Shown here piece after piece: positions 47,197 through 61,587 of a stretch of 64,000 nt of DNA. Location of the stretch: NCBI GenBank assembly GCA_027451345.1, contig DAIDJO010000053.1, forward strand, positions 747-64,746, given 5' to 3'. Within the stretch, counting starts at the first letter, position 1. Each line of letters begins with the position of its first letter. The notes under the pieces were generated by a model. That model saw only the letters and a list, made by a program, of their open reading frames with translations, did no database searches and was not told the DNA's origin. The translations under genes were made by a program, and so were the position numbers. The stretch comes from Solirubrobacterales bacterium (GTDB taxonomy: Bacteria > Actinomycetota > Thermoleophilia > Solirubrobacterales > Solirubrobacteraceae).

Positions 47197-48600
47197 TCAG
47201 GGCCGGAGAGCGGTGGCGATCTGCGTGGCGGCGTGTTCCCCCTGGGCGATGCACTGGGGGACGCCCATCCCGTGGTACGCGGCCCCCGCGAGCCGGATCC
47301 TCGGGAGGTGGCGGAGCGCCACCTCGAGCCGCTCCACCCGCTCGAGGTGGCCGACGTGGTACTGGGGCATCGCTCGCTCCCACCTGGCGACGTGCCACTC
47401 GACCGGCGGCTCGCGGATGCCGATCGCCGCGCGCAGATCGGACGTGACGTCGCTCACCAGGGTTCGCTCATCCAGCCGGGTGGCCTCCGGGCGGCCGCGC
47501 CCGACCGAACAGCGCAGCAGCACTCGATCGGGACGCGTGGCGAGGTGGGGCCACTTGGACGAGGCCCAGGTGCAGGCCGAGAGCGTCCGGCGCTCCCCCC
47601 GGGGAACGAGGAAGCCGCTGCGCTCCGGCAGGGATGGGACCGCCGCCGCGCGGAAGGCGAGCCATACGACGGCGACGGACGTGTACTCGATTCCCGCGAG
47701 CTCGGCGGCCGCTGTCGGGGCGCTCTCCTCGAGCATCTCCTGGGCCGCGTAGGCGGGGACGGCGAGGATCGCCGCGTCGACCTCCAGCCGGCGCCCCGTG
47801 TCGGTGCGCAGGACGTAGCGGCCATCGGGCCGGGGGATGACCCGATGGACGCGCTCGCCACTGATCACCTCGGTCGGCCCGAGCTCCCGCTGCAGGCCGG
47901 TGATGAGGCGCGCCAGCCCGCCCGGCAGCGTCATGAACGTCGGGCCGCCGGACGCGACCGGCGTCGCTTGCCCGGCGGCCATCAGCCCGCGGATCAGGCT
48001 GCGGTGCTCCCGCGCCAGCGCGTGCAGCCGCGGCGCGGTGGCCCGCAGGCTGAGACGGTCGGGATCGCCACCGTAGATGCCACCCAGCAGCGGGTCGATC
48101 ATCCGCTCGAGCGCCTCGGAGCCAAGCCGGCGGCGCACCAGCGAGCCCACCGACTCATCGGGCTCCATTCGGCCGCCGGCCGGCAGCATCAGGTCGACGC
48201 CGGCCCGGGCCGCACCGATCGGCGAGAGGATGCCCGACCGCAGGACCGGCCCGATGCCGTCGGGCAGACCACCGAGGATCCCGGCGGGGAGCTCCCGCAG
48301 CCGCCCGCGCGTCCAGACCGCGGTCCGGGACTGCAGCGGCGCCACGAGCTCGTCCTCGAGGTCGAGCTCGTGGCAGAGTCGCAACGCGGCCGGGACGGCG
48401 GTGAGCAGGGCCTCCGGCCCGAGGTCGACGGTCGTTCCGGCGAACGCCTGGGAGCGGATCTTGCCGCCGAGCCGTTGCTCGGCCTCGATCACCGTGAGGC
48501 GAGGGCGCTCACCACCGATGCGCGCCCGGGTCAGCCAGCGAGCCGCCGCCAGACCGGTGATCCCTCCACCGACGATCGCGATCTGCGGCGCGCCATTCAC
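47197..48600 (-). CDS. hemY: Coproporphyrinogen/protoporphyrinogen oxidase (HemY/CgoX)
   Basis: IVGGGITGLAAA, RLGGKI, DLGPE, PLLGGIYGG, TWASSKW, AMPQYHVGH, GVPQCI. Confidence 0.93.
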   Translation of the reverse strand: MNGAPQIAIVGGGITGLAAARWLTRARIGGERPRLTVIEAEQRLGGKIRSQAFAGTTVDLGPEALLTAVPAALRLCHELDLEDELVAPLQSRTAVWTRGRLRELPAGILGGLPDGIGPVLRSGILSPIGAARAGVDLMLPAGGRMEPDESVGSLVRRRLGSEALERMIDPLLGGIYGGDPDRLSLRATAPRLHALAREHRSLIRGLMAAGQATPVASGGPTFMTLPGGLARLITGLQRELGPTEVISGERVHRVIPRPDGRYVLRTDTGRRLEVDAAILAVPAYAAQEMLEESAPTAAAELAGIEYTSVAVVWLAFRAAAVPSLPERSGFLVPRGERRTLSACTWASSKWPHLATRPDRVLLRCSVGRGRPEATRLDERTLVSDVTSDLRAAIGIREPPVEWHVARWERAMPQYHVGHLERVERLEVALRHLPRIRLAGAAYHGMGVPQCIAQGEHAATQIATALRP

Positions 48601-49535
48601 CGGACCGGCGCCCGCAGGTTGGCGCTGACGATCTCCGCGAGCACGGCGAGGAACTCAGGATCGGCGTTGGGCAGAGCCGTGCGGGCGAAGCGCAGGCCGG
48701 CCTCGGCGGCGACCTCGCGCGCCTGGATGTCCAGGTCGTAGAGGATCTCGAGATGGTCGGAGACGAAGCCGGCCGGGCACACGAGGACCCCGTCGTGGAC
48801 CGCCGAGCCGGCCAGCTCCCGGATGACCTCGCAGACGTCGGGGCCGATCCACGGATCGGCGGTCCGGCCCGCGCTCTGCCAGGCGACCGACCAGTCATCG
48901 ATCCCGGCCCGTTCGGCGACGGCGGTCGCGGTCTCCATCAGCTGCTCGGGGTACGGGTCGCCGCGGTCGAGGATCCGGGCCGGCAGGCTGTGCGCCGTGA
49001 AGAGCACCCGGATGCGGTCGGCGCCGTCGGCCCCGAGCCGATCGAAGCTCGCGCGCGTGCGCTGGGCGAGCAGCTCGATGTATCCCGGCTCCAGGTGCCA
49101 CTGCCGCACGAAGCCGACATGCTCGAGCCCGTGCCGTTCCGCGGCGGCTCGAACCCGCGCGAGGTACTCCTCGACGCTCATCGACGAGTAGTGCGGGGCC
49201 AGCACGACCGCGACGGTCCGGTCGACCCCCGCCTCGCTCAGCTCCGCGACGGCGTCCTCGATGAACGGCGCGGCGTGCTTCATCCCGAGCAGGACCCGCA
49301 CCTCGTCCTCGGGCAGTCGCTCACGCAGGATCCGCTCGAGACCCTCCGCCTGGTGGCGGGCGATCGCGAGCAGCGGCGAGCTTCCGCCGATCGCCGCGTA
49401 GCGGTCGGTGAGCTCCTGCAGCAGTTCCGGGGTGGGTGAACGGCCGCGACGGATGTGGGTGTAGTAGGCCGGGATCTCAGCCGCGCTCGCCGGGGTGCCG
49501 TAGGCGAGCAGCAGAACGGCGATGCGCTGACTCAC
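48597..49535 (-). CDS. hemH: Coproporphyrin ferrochelatase (Bacillus-type HemH/CpfC)
   Basis: LLAYGTP, RYAAIGG, GMKHAAPFIED, LAPHYS, FTAHSLP, WQSAG, GFVSDHLEILYDLD. Confidence 0.95.
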   Translation of the reverse strand: MSQRIAVLLLAYGTPASAAEIPAYYTHIRRGRSPTPELLQELTDRYAAIGGSSPLLAIARHQAEGLERILRERLPEDEVRVLLGMKHAAPFIEDAVAELSEAGVDRTVAVVLAPHYSSMSVEEYLARVRAAAERHGLEHVGFVRQWHLEPGYIELLAQRTRASFDRLGADGADRIRVLFTAHSLPARILDRGDPYPEQLMETATAVAERAGIDDWSVAWQSAGRTADPWIGPDVCEVIRELAGSAVHDGVLVCPAGFVSDHLEILYDLDIQAREVAAEAGLRFARTALPNADPEFLAVLAEIVSANLRAPVR

Positions 49536-50632
49536 GACGCCACCGCGGCACCGGGCTCAACGCGGCACTCGTGGACGAGATCCACGATCCGTCTGAGGAT
49601 CTCCGGATCGGTCTCCGGAAGCACGCCATGGCCGAGGTTGAAGACGTGGCCGGTCGGTCCGGCGCGCAGGAGCACGTCGATCGCCCGCTCGCGCACCACC
49701 GGCCACGGAGCGAGGCAGGCGACCGGGTCGAGGTTGCCCTGGACCGCGACGTGGCGGCCGAGTCGCGCGCGCGCGGCGTCGATCGGCACGCGCCAGTCGA
49801 CCCCGACCACATCGGAGCCGGCCGTCCCCATCAGCGCCAGCAACTCGCCGGTGCCGACGCCGAAGTACACCGTCGGCACGTCGAGATCCCGGAGGCCGTC
49901 GAAGATCCGGGTCGTCGCCGGCAGCACCTGGCGGCGATAGCTGACCGGGTCGATCACGCCGACCCAGCTCTCGAACAACTGGATCGCCGCCGCGCCGGCG
50001 AGCACCTGGGAGCGCAGGGAGGCGAGCGCGACCCCGGCCAGGATGTCGAGCAGCTCCCGGAAGAGATGCGGGTCTCCGTACATCATCGCGCGGGTGCGGG
50101 CATGGGTCTTGGAGGGGCCGCCCTCGATCAGATAGCTGGCGAGGGTGAACGGCCCGCCGGCAAAGCCGATCAGCGGGACGTCCAGTGCGCGCACGAGCAG
50201 GCGCACCGCGTCGGCGACATACGGAGCATCCTGGTCGGGCTCGAACGGCCGCAGTCGCGGGAGGTCGGACCAGCCCCGGACCGGTTCGGCGATCACCGGA
50301 CCGACGCCGGGAACGATCTCGAGTCCGATCCCGATCGCGGCCAGCGGCACGGTGATGTCGGAGAAGAGGATCGCCGCGTCGACCCCGAGCCGATCGACCG
50401 GCGCCATCGTCACCTCCGCGGTCAGGTCGGGGGAGCGCGAGATCTCGAACAGGTTCGCGCGGCTGCGGATCGCCCGGTACTCGGAGAGCGACCGGCCGGC
50501 CTGACGCATGAACCAGACCGGCGTGCGCTCCACCGGAAGTCCGCGAAAGGCTCGCAACAGGGGCGCGTCCGCCAGGCGCGAGGCGTCTTGGAGGGCGGGC
50601 GCGAGTGGGGGTACTGCCGTCACCGGATTCAC
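49532..50632 (-). CDS. hemE: Uroporphyrinogen decarboxylase
   Basis: PVWFMRQAGR, DAAILFSDI, GGPFTLASY, QGNLDP, FNLGHGV; GTG 50632 is 7 nt after TAGCGT. Confidence 0.96.
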   Translation of the reverse strand: MNPVTAVPPLAPALQDASRLADAPLLRAFRGLPVERTPVWFMRQAGRSLSEYRAIRSRANLFEISRSPDLTAEVTMAPVDRLGVDAAILFSDITVPLAAIGIGLEIVPGVGPVIAEPVRGWSDLPRLRPFEPDQDAPYVADAVRLLVRALDVPLIGFAGGPFTLASYLIEGGPSKTHARTRAMMYGDPHLFRELLDILAGVALASLRSQVLAGAAAIQLFESWVGVIDPVSYRRQVLPATTRIFDGLRDLDVPTVYFGVGTGELLALMGTAGSDVVGVDWRVPIDAARARLGRHVAVQGNLDPVACLAPWPVVRERAIDVLLRAGPTGHVFNLGHGVLPETDPEILRRIVDLVHECRVEPGAAVAS

Positions 50633-50848
50633 CGGGCAGACGCTACGTCCGCGCCGACGGCCGCCAATCCGTACGGCCCGCCGAGCCCGGTGCGTGAAAT
50701 CCCGCGACCGCACCCGTAGTCGGCCCCGAGGAACAGCCGACCGGGCCAGTTAGCCTGAGGCGGGTGATCGAATCAGGGTGTCCTCGCGTCGATTCAGGGC
50801 GGTCCGCCCCCCGGTGCCCCCCGTCTGACCGCCCCCCGTTCCCGAGGC

Positions 50849-52000
50849 GTGAACGTGCCCTCTGAGGCCCGGGCCGCGCTGGCCGAGACGGCGCGCGACG
50901 CCCGGCGGGAACGCGATGCCCGCATGGTCACGGCCGACTTCGACCAGGCCCCGTTCACGATCGCCTGGGAGGTGACCCGGGCCTGCGCGTACGCCTGCGC
51001 TCACTGCCGCGCGGACGCCCAACCCCGGCGTGACCCGCTCGAGCTCAGCACCGCGGAGGGGTTGCGACTGATCGAGCAGCTCGCCGGATTCGGCAACCGG
51101 CCGATCCTCGTGCTCACCGGGGGGGACCCGCTGATGCGCCGGGACCTGTTCGAGCTCGCCCGCTGCGCCGACGCGCGCGGGCTGCGCGTGTCGCTCACGC
51201 CAACAGCGACCGCGCTCTCCTCGCCGCGACGCATGGCCCGGGCCAGGGAGGCGGGGATCCGTCGCGTCGCCTTCAGTGTCGATGCCGCCGACCCCGCGGT
51301 GCACGACAGCTTCCGCGGGTTCCGCGGATCGTTCCAGCGCACGCGTGACGGGATCGCCGCGGCGACCGAGGCGGGGCTGTCGATCCAGGTCAACACCACC
51401 GTCTGCGCGACGAACGTCGAGCAGCTGCCGGCGCTGGTCGAGCAATTGGCGGCGTGGCGGGTCGTGCAGTGGTCGGTCTTCTTCCTGGTCCCGGTGGGGC
51501 GCGGAGCGCGGCTGACGATGCTGTCGGCGGATCAGCACGAGGAGGTGCTCGGCTGGCTGAGCGACCTGACCGCGACCGTGCCGTTCGACATCAAGGCCAC
51601 GGCGGCTCCGCAGTACCGCCGGATCCTCCACCGGCGCACCGGCACGACGACGGGCGCCGGGTTCCGGTACGCCGACGGGCTCGACCGCCCGGTCCGCGGC
51701 GTCAACGACGGGCGCGGCTTCATGTTCATCTCGCATCTCGGGGAGGTGATGCCGTCCGGCTTCCTGCCGCTGCGGGCCGGCAACGTCCGGCACGAGAATC
51801 CGGTCGACATCTACCGCCACTCGGAGCTCTTCCGTCGCCTCCGCGACCCCGAGGCGCTCACCGGCAAGTGCAGCCGCTGCGAGTTTCGCGACGTGTGCGG
51901 CGGCAGCCGCGCCCGCGCCTACGCCCTCACCGGAGATCCGCTCGCCTCGGATCCGAGCTGCCCGTATCAGCCACAGCCGGTGGCGGCCGGCCGCCGATGA
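50849..52000 (+). CDS. Radical SAM/SPASM protein, AhbD/NirJ-like (TIGR04053-type), candidate coproheme decarboxylase
   Basis: WEVTRACAYACAHCRA, LTGGDPL, VNDGRGFMFISHLGEVMPSGFLP, GKCSRCEFRDVCGGSRARAY, DPSC; alternative start ATG 50924. Confidence 0.8.
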   Translation: MNVPSEARAALAETARDARRERDARMVTADFDQAPFTIAWEVTRACAYACAHCRADAQPRRDPLELSTAEGLRLIEQLAGFGNRPILVLTGGDPLMRRDLFELARCADARGLRVSLTPTATALSSPRRMARAREAGIRRVAFSVDAADPAVHDSFRGFRGSFQRTRDGIAAATEAGLSIQVNTTVCATNVEQLPALVEQLAAWRVVQWSVFFLVPVGRGARLTMLSADQHEEVLGWLSDLTATVPFDIKATAAPQYRRILHRRTGTTTGAGFRYADGLDRPVRGVNDGRGFMFISHLGEVMPSGFLPLRAGNVRHENPVDIYRHSELFRRLRDPEALTGKCSRCEFRDVCGGSRARAYALTGDPLASDPSCPYQPQPVAAGRR

Positions 52001-53499
52001 CCCGGCCCGTGACGGGAGCTCGCGCGCTTCCGAGCGTGATCCAGGGAGGCATGGGCGTCGCCGTCTCCGGCTGGCGTCTGGCCCGCGCCGTGTCGCTCAC
52101 CGGTCAGCTCGGCGTGGTGTCGGGCACGGCGGTCGCGGTCGTCCTGGCTCGCCGGCTGCAGGACGGCGACCCGGGCGGGCACCTGCGCCGAGCGCTCGAG
52201 CACTTCCCCGACGGGGCCGTGGCCGGTCGCGTCCTTGAGCGCTACTTCCAGCCCGCCGGCCACCCGCCCGGCACGCGCTACCGCGCGGTCCCCGTGCCGC
52301 GCTGGCGGCCCGGCCGCCCGTTCCTGGAGCTGACGGTCGTCGCCGGCTTCGCGGAGGTGTTCCTGGCCAAGGAGGGACACGACGGGACGATCGGCATCAA
52401 CCTGCTCGAGAAGATCCAGATGCCGACGCTGCCGGTGCTCTACGGCGCGATGCTCGCGGGAGTCGACTACGTGCTGATGGGCGCCGGCATCCCGGAGCAC
52501 CTTCCCCCGACGATCACCTCCCTCGCCCACCACCGCAGCACGTCGCTGCCCCTGACCGTCACCGGGGCGGGTCCGGGCGACGACTACCGGATGTCGTTTC
52601 ACCCGCGCGAGGTGGTCGCCGCCGACGTCCCGGAGCTCGCGCCTCCTCGCTTCCTCGCCATCGTCTCCTCGCACGTGCTCGCCGCCCACCTCGCCCGCAG
52701 CGAGACGGGACGGCCGTGGGGGTTCGTCGTCGAGCACCCGACGGCCGGCGGGCACAACGCCCCCCCGCGCGGGCGCCTCACGCTGGACGACGCCGGCGAA
52801 CCGGTGTACGGCCCACGCGACGAGGTCGACCTGGCGCAGATGCGCGCCCTCGGCCTCCCGTTCTGGCTGGCCGGCGGCTACGCGAGCCCGGCCAAGCTGC
52901 GCGAGGCACAGGCGCAGGGCGCCTGCGGCGTGCAGGTGGGGAGCGCCTTCGCGCTGTGCGAGGAGTCGGGTCTCGACCCCGGTCTGAAGCGCCAGGCGCG
53001 GGAGCAGCTGCTGGCGGGCACGTTGCCGATCCGGACCGATCGCCTGGCCTCGCCGACCGGCTATCCGTTCAAGGTCGCCTCGATGCCGGGCACGGCCGGC
53101 GATCCGACGGCGCGCGCGGCGCGGCGCCGGCGCTGCGACCTCGGATACCTGACGACCCCTGTCCGCCGTGAGAACGGGACCGTCGGCTACCGCTGCCCGG
53201 CCGAACCCGAGGACGACTATGTGGCCAAGGGCGGCGACCCGGCGGCGACCGCCGGCCGGCTCTGCCTCTGCAACGGCCTGATGGCGGCGGCCGGCATGCC
53301 GCAGACGCGCCCCGACCTGGGCACCGAGCCCCCGCTGTTGACGCTCGGGGACGGGACCCGTGACGCGCTGCGCGCACTCGCGCCGGACGGCGGCTCGTAC
53401 CATGCCGAGGACGTCATCCTCCACCTCCTCGCCGACCGCAGCGCGCCCCCGGACCGCGGGCGGCCAGCCGGACGCGGTCTGACTCAGACCCGCTCGTAG
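51997..53499 (+). CDS. Nitronate monooxygenase-family FMN enzyme with Cys-rich C-terminus (FabX/UfaA-like)
   Basis: IQGGMGVAVS, MGAGIP, AGGHN, LAGG, VQVGSAF, SPTGYPFKV, CDLGYL...RCP...CLCNGL; ATGA overlap with the radical SAM gene. Confidence 0.75.
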   Translation: MTRPVTGARALPSVIQGGMGVAVSGWRLARAVSLTGQLGVVSGTAVAVVLARRLQDGDPGGHLRRALEHFPDGAVAGRVLERYFQPAGHPPGTRYRAVPVPRWRPGRPFLELTVVAGFAEVFLAKEGHDGTIGINLLEKIQMPTLPVLYGAMLAGVDYVLMGAGIPEHLPPTITSLAHHRSTSLPLTVTGAGPGDDYRMSFHPREVVAADVPELAPPRFLAIVSSHVLAAHLARSETGRPWGFVVEHPTAGGHNAPPRGRLTLDDAGEPVYGPRDEVDLAQMRALGLPFWLAGGYASPAKLREAQAQGACGVQVGSAFALCEESGLDPGLKRQAREQLLAGTLPIRTDRLASPTGYPFKVASMPGTAGDPTARAARRRRCDLGYLTTPVRRENGTVGYRCPAEPEDDYVAKGGDPAATAGRLCLCNGLMAAAGMPQTRPDLGTEPPLLTLGDGTRDALRALAPDGGSYHAEDVILHLLADRSAPPDRGRPAGRGLTQTRS

Positions 53500-55480
53500 A
53501 CCCCGACGCCCGTCTCGGCGTCGATCCACCGGGAGAGCGGGCCGTTGCCGTCCTCGACGGTCCGCTCATCGCCGGTGAGCACATCCCGCCAGGTTCCGGG
53601 CGGGACGGCGCGCACCGACGGATCGGGGTCCTCGCCGGCGCGCGGCAGCGCCACGGCGACGAGCAGCTCCTCGCCGCGCAGGAAGACGCAGGCCGCGGGC
53701 CCGGCCTGCAGCGGGCGGTAGCTCGCACCGACGAAGAGTTCGGGGCGCCGCGTGCGCAGGCCGAGCAGGCGGGCCGTGATCCAGAGCTTGGCGTCGCTCA
53801 GGCTCGCGCCCGGGCGGCCGCCACCCAGGAGGCGGTCGAGGCTCTCGCGGCGCAGCGCCCAGTCGACCGGGCGGCGGTTGTCCGGGTCCACGAGGGTGCG
53901 CAGCTCGAGCTCGTCGCCCTGGTAGGTGTCGGGGACGCCGGGCGCCGTCAGCTTCAGCACCAGCTGCCCGAGGGTGCTCCGCCGTGCCCGTGGCTCGATC
54001 TCCGCGAGGAAGGCCTCGATCTCCGCACGGAAACCGGCGTCGGCGCAGAGCGCGGCGGCGTACTCCTTGACCGCCGCCTCGTGGGGCTCGTTGGGCTGAA
54101 TCCAGTTCGTGTGGCGCTTGGCCTCGCGCAGCGCCTTCTCGAGATAGCCGTCGAGGCGGGCGCGCTCGATCGGCCACACGCCGATGAGCGTCTGCAGGAT
54201 GAAGTACCGCTCGACCGGGTCGGGGGCGAGCGCGCCGTCCACCGGCGCGCAGTGCCGCTCCGTCGAGTCGATCCAGCCGCGCGCGACCTGCGCCCAGCGT
54301 TGCGGGACCTGCGCGAGCACCGCGATCCGTGCCCGCGCGTCGAGCGAGCGCTTCGCGTCGTGGGTCATCGTCGTGAGCATCGCCTCGGGATGACGCAGCG
54401 CCCGCTCGGCGTTGCCGGCGTGAACATCCTCGACCGCGATCCCGAACCGTCCTGGGTCACCGCCGACGTCGTTGAGCGCGAGCAACCGCCCGTAGCGGTA
54501 GAACGCGGTGTCCTCGACGCCCTTGGCCATGATCGCGGGTGTCGTCTGCTGAAAGCGGGTGAGGAACGGCCCAGCGGTGAGCGGCTCGTAGGTGCGGTAG
54601 ACCGGGAGCGAGGAGACGGCCCAGGCGAGCGCCGGCGGTTCGGGGGCCGGTTCCGCTGAACCGGCCCCGTCCCGGGCCTCGCGCGAGAGCCGCTCGACCT
54701 CCGGCGTGAACGTCGTGGTGGCCTGCTCGAGCTTGGCCGCGAGCGCGTGGGCGCCGAACGGCCGGTCGTCCCCCGCCAGCTCGTTCCACAGATCCGTCAG
54801 CGTGGCCTCGCCCGCGGGGTCGACGAACAGGCCGCAGGCATCGCGCAGGAACTCGTAGCCGACGGTGCCCGCGACGGGCCAGTCGGCGGGCAGCCGTTCT
54901 GTGGCGGCGAGGATCTTCTCGACCCAGATGCGCCGCGCTCCGCCGTCGCGCATGCGCCGGAGGTAGCCGACCGGGTCGGCCAGCCCGTCGGGGTGGTCGC
55001 CCCGCACGCCGTCGATCAGACCCTCCCGGAGCAGGGCGAGGACGAGGTCCATCGCGGTGTGGAAGACGTCCTCGCGCTCGATCCGGATGCCGGCGAGGTC
55101 GTCGACGTCGAAGAAGCGGCGGTGCCGGCCGCTGACCGGATCGACGTCGAAGAAGCGCGCCCTGAGCTCGGGGTCGGCCCAGAACCGGTTCGTGTCGTCC
55201 GCGGCCATGTGGTTGGGCACCACGTCGAGGATGATCCCCAGGCCCGCGCCGCGCGCCCGGACCGCGAGCTCCCGGAAGGCCCTCTCTCCGCCGAGCGCGG
55301 CGGACAGGCGGGTGGGGTCGACGACGTCATAGCCGTGCATCGACCCCTCCCGGGCCTGCAGCGACGGGCTCAGGTACAGGTGCGAGATGCCGAGGTCCCG
55401 CAGGTAGGGGACGAGCTCGGCGGCGGCGGCGAAGCCGAACTGCGGGGTGAGCTGCAGCCGGTAGGTCGCGCGAGGATCGG

Positions 55481-55484
<4 letters not shown>
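53484..55484 (-). CDS. treY: Malto-oligosyltrehalose synthase
   Basis: ATYRLQ, HLYLSP, HGYDVVDP, DVVPNHM, DHPDGL, VEKIL, AKGVEDT, THDAKRS, VDPDNRRPV. Confidence 0.93.
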
Positions 55485-57594
<2,110 letters not shown>

Positions 57595-57598
<4 letters not shown>

Positions 57599-59345
57599 AC
57601 AGACTCCTTCGTTTCGAGCACCGCTCCGGACCGCGGTGGGAGCGTGAGCCGCCCCCGGCGGAGTGTGGCAGCCGCATCCGTGACGAGCCGGAGGCGTCGG
57701 CCCTGGGCTGGGAGCGACGCCTCCGCCACCCCGAAGTTGGCGGCCAGCTCGTATCTTCCCCGCCGCACGCGAAGCCAACGCGCGTCCTCGTCGAAGTCGA
57801 TCGCGTCGACGTCGCCGGGCGGCAGTTCGCGCCGGAGGGCCAGCAGCGCCCGATAGAGCTCGGCGAGGCGCGGATCGGCGCGGCGCGTCAGCTTCGAGGC
57901 TTCGAACGTGGCCACCGCCTGCGGATCCGGGATGTCCTGGCCGAACGAGGCGAACGCGCTGAACTCGGCCCGCCGCCCCCTGCGCGTCGCCTCCGCGATG
58001 CGCCGGTCGATGTGGTCGGTGAAGAACTGAAATGGCGCGTCCTCCCCGTACTCCTCGCCCATGAAGAGCATCGGGGTGAACGGGGCGAAGAGCACGCACA
58101 GCGCCGCCAGCGGGCGGGCGGCGGCGGGCATCCGGTCGCCGAACGCGCGGTTGCCCACCTGGTCGTGGTCCTGGGAGAAGACGACGAAGCCGCGGGGCGG
58201 GATGTCGTCGGCGGGCGCCCCGAACCGTCGGTGGCGGAACTCCGAGAAGCCGCCGTCGTGCACGTGTGGGCGGTGCAACGCCTTGGCCAGCTGCCCCAAC
58301 CGGCCGAACTCGGCGTAGTACCCGTCGTGCTCGTCGGTGATCAGGGTGCGCAGGGCGTGATGGAAGTCGTCGGCCCAGGCGGCGTCGCAGCCGAGTCCGC
58401 CGCGCGCGGGCGGGCGCATCACCCGCGGGTCGTTCAGGCCGCTCTCGGCGATGACGAACGTCCGGCGGCGGATCGCGTGCACCCGCCGTGCCACCGCGGC
58501 GACGATGTGCTCGGGGCTCGAGTCGAAGATGGCGTGGATCGCGTCGAGGCGCAGGCCGTCGAAGCCGAAGTCCCGGACCCAGCCCTCGGCCGACTGCAGC
58601 ACCCACTCGCGGACGGGGTCGCAGTCGGCGTCGTCATAGTTGATCGCGCGCCCCCAGAACGTCTCGTACTTCTGCGTGAAGTAGGGCCCGAACCGATCGA
58701 GCGCCTGGTTGCCGGAGGCGCCGATGTGGTTGTAGACGACGTCCAGCAGCACCGCCAGCCCGCTCTCGTGCGCGGAGTCGATCAGCCGCTGCAGCGACGC
58801 CGGGCCGCCGTAGGAGGACTGCGCCGCGCTGAGATACACCCCGTCATAGCCCCACCCGCGGGCGCCGGGGAACTCGGCCACCGGCATGAGCTCGATCGCC
58901 GTCACCCCGAGCTCGGCGAGCGCCGGCAGATACGGGATCGCGCCGGCGAACGTCCCCTCGGGGCTGAACGTTCCGACGTGCAGCTCGTAGATCACCTGCT
59001 CGGCCAGCGGCCTCGGGGTGAACGGGCGCGGAGTCGAGGGCGCGTACACCCGCGAGGGCCCGCGCAGGCCGTGGGGCTGCCAGCGAGAGGCGGGATCCGG
59101 CAGCCGTCGGCGGCCGACCTGGTAGCAGTAGTCGGTGCCCGGCGCCGCCTCGGCGACGACCTCATAGATCCCATCTCCGGCGTGCTCCAGCGGGAGCGCG
59201 CCGGAGACCGCTGCGCTCGTGCGGCCACCGCGCCGCGGCGGATCGAGGATCAGCCGTGGTTCCGCCCGCGGCGACCAGACGCGGAACTCGGTGCGGCCGT
59301 CCTCGAGCGGGCGGGCGCCGAGCGGGCGTTCCCAGGGGTACGGGC

Positions 59346-59349
<4 letters not shown>
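57595..59349 (-). CDS. treZ: Malto-oligosyltrehalose trehalohydrolase
   Basis: YELHVGTF, WGYDG, DVVYNH, GLRLDAIH, QDHDQVGNR, MGEEYGE; TTGA overlap with glgB. Confidence 0.94.
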
Positions 59350-61556
<2,207 letters not shown>

Positions 61557-61587
61557 CGTTCCTCCGCCTACCCGCGACCGGTGCTCG

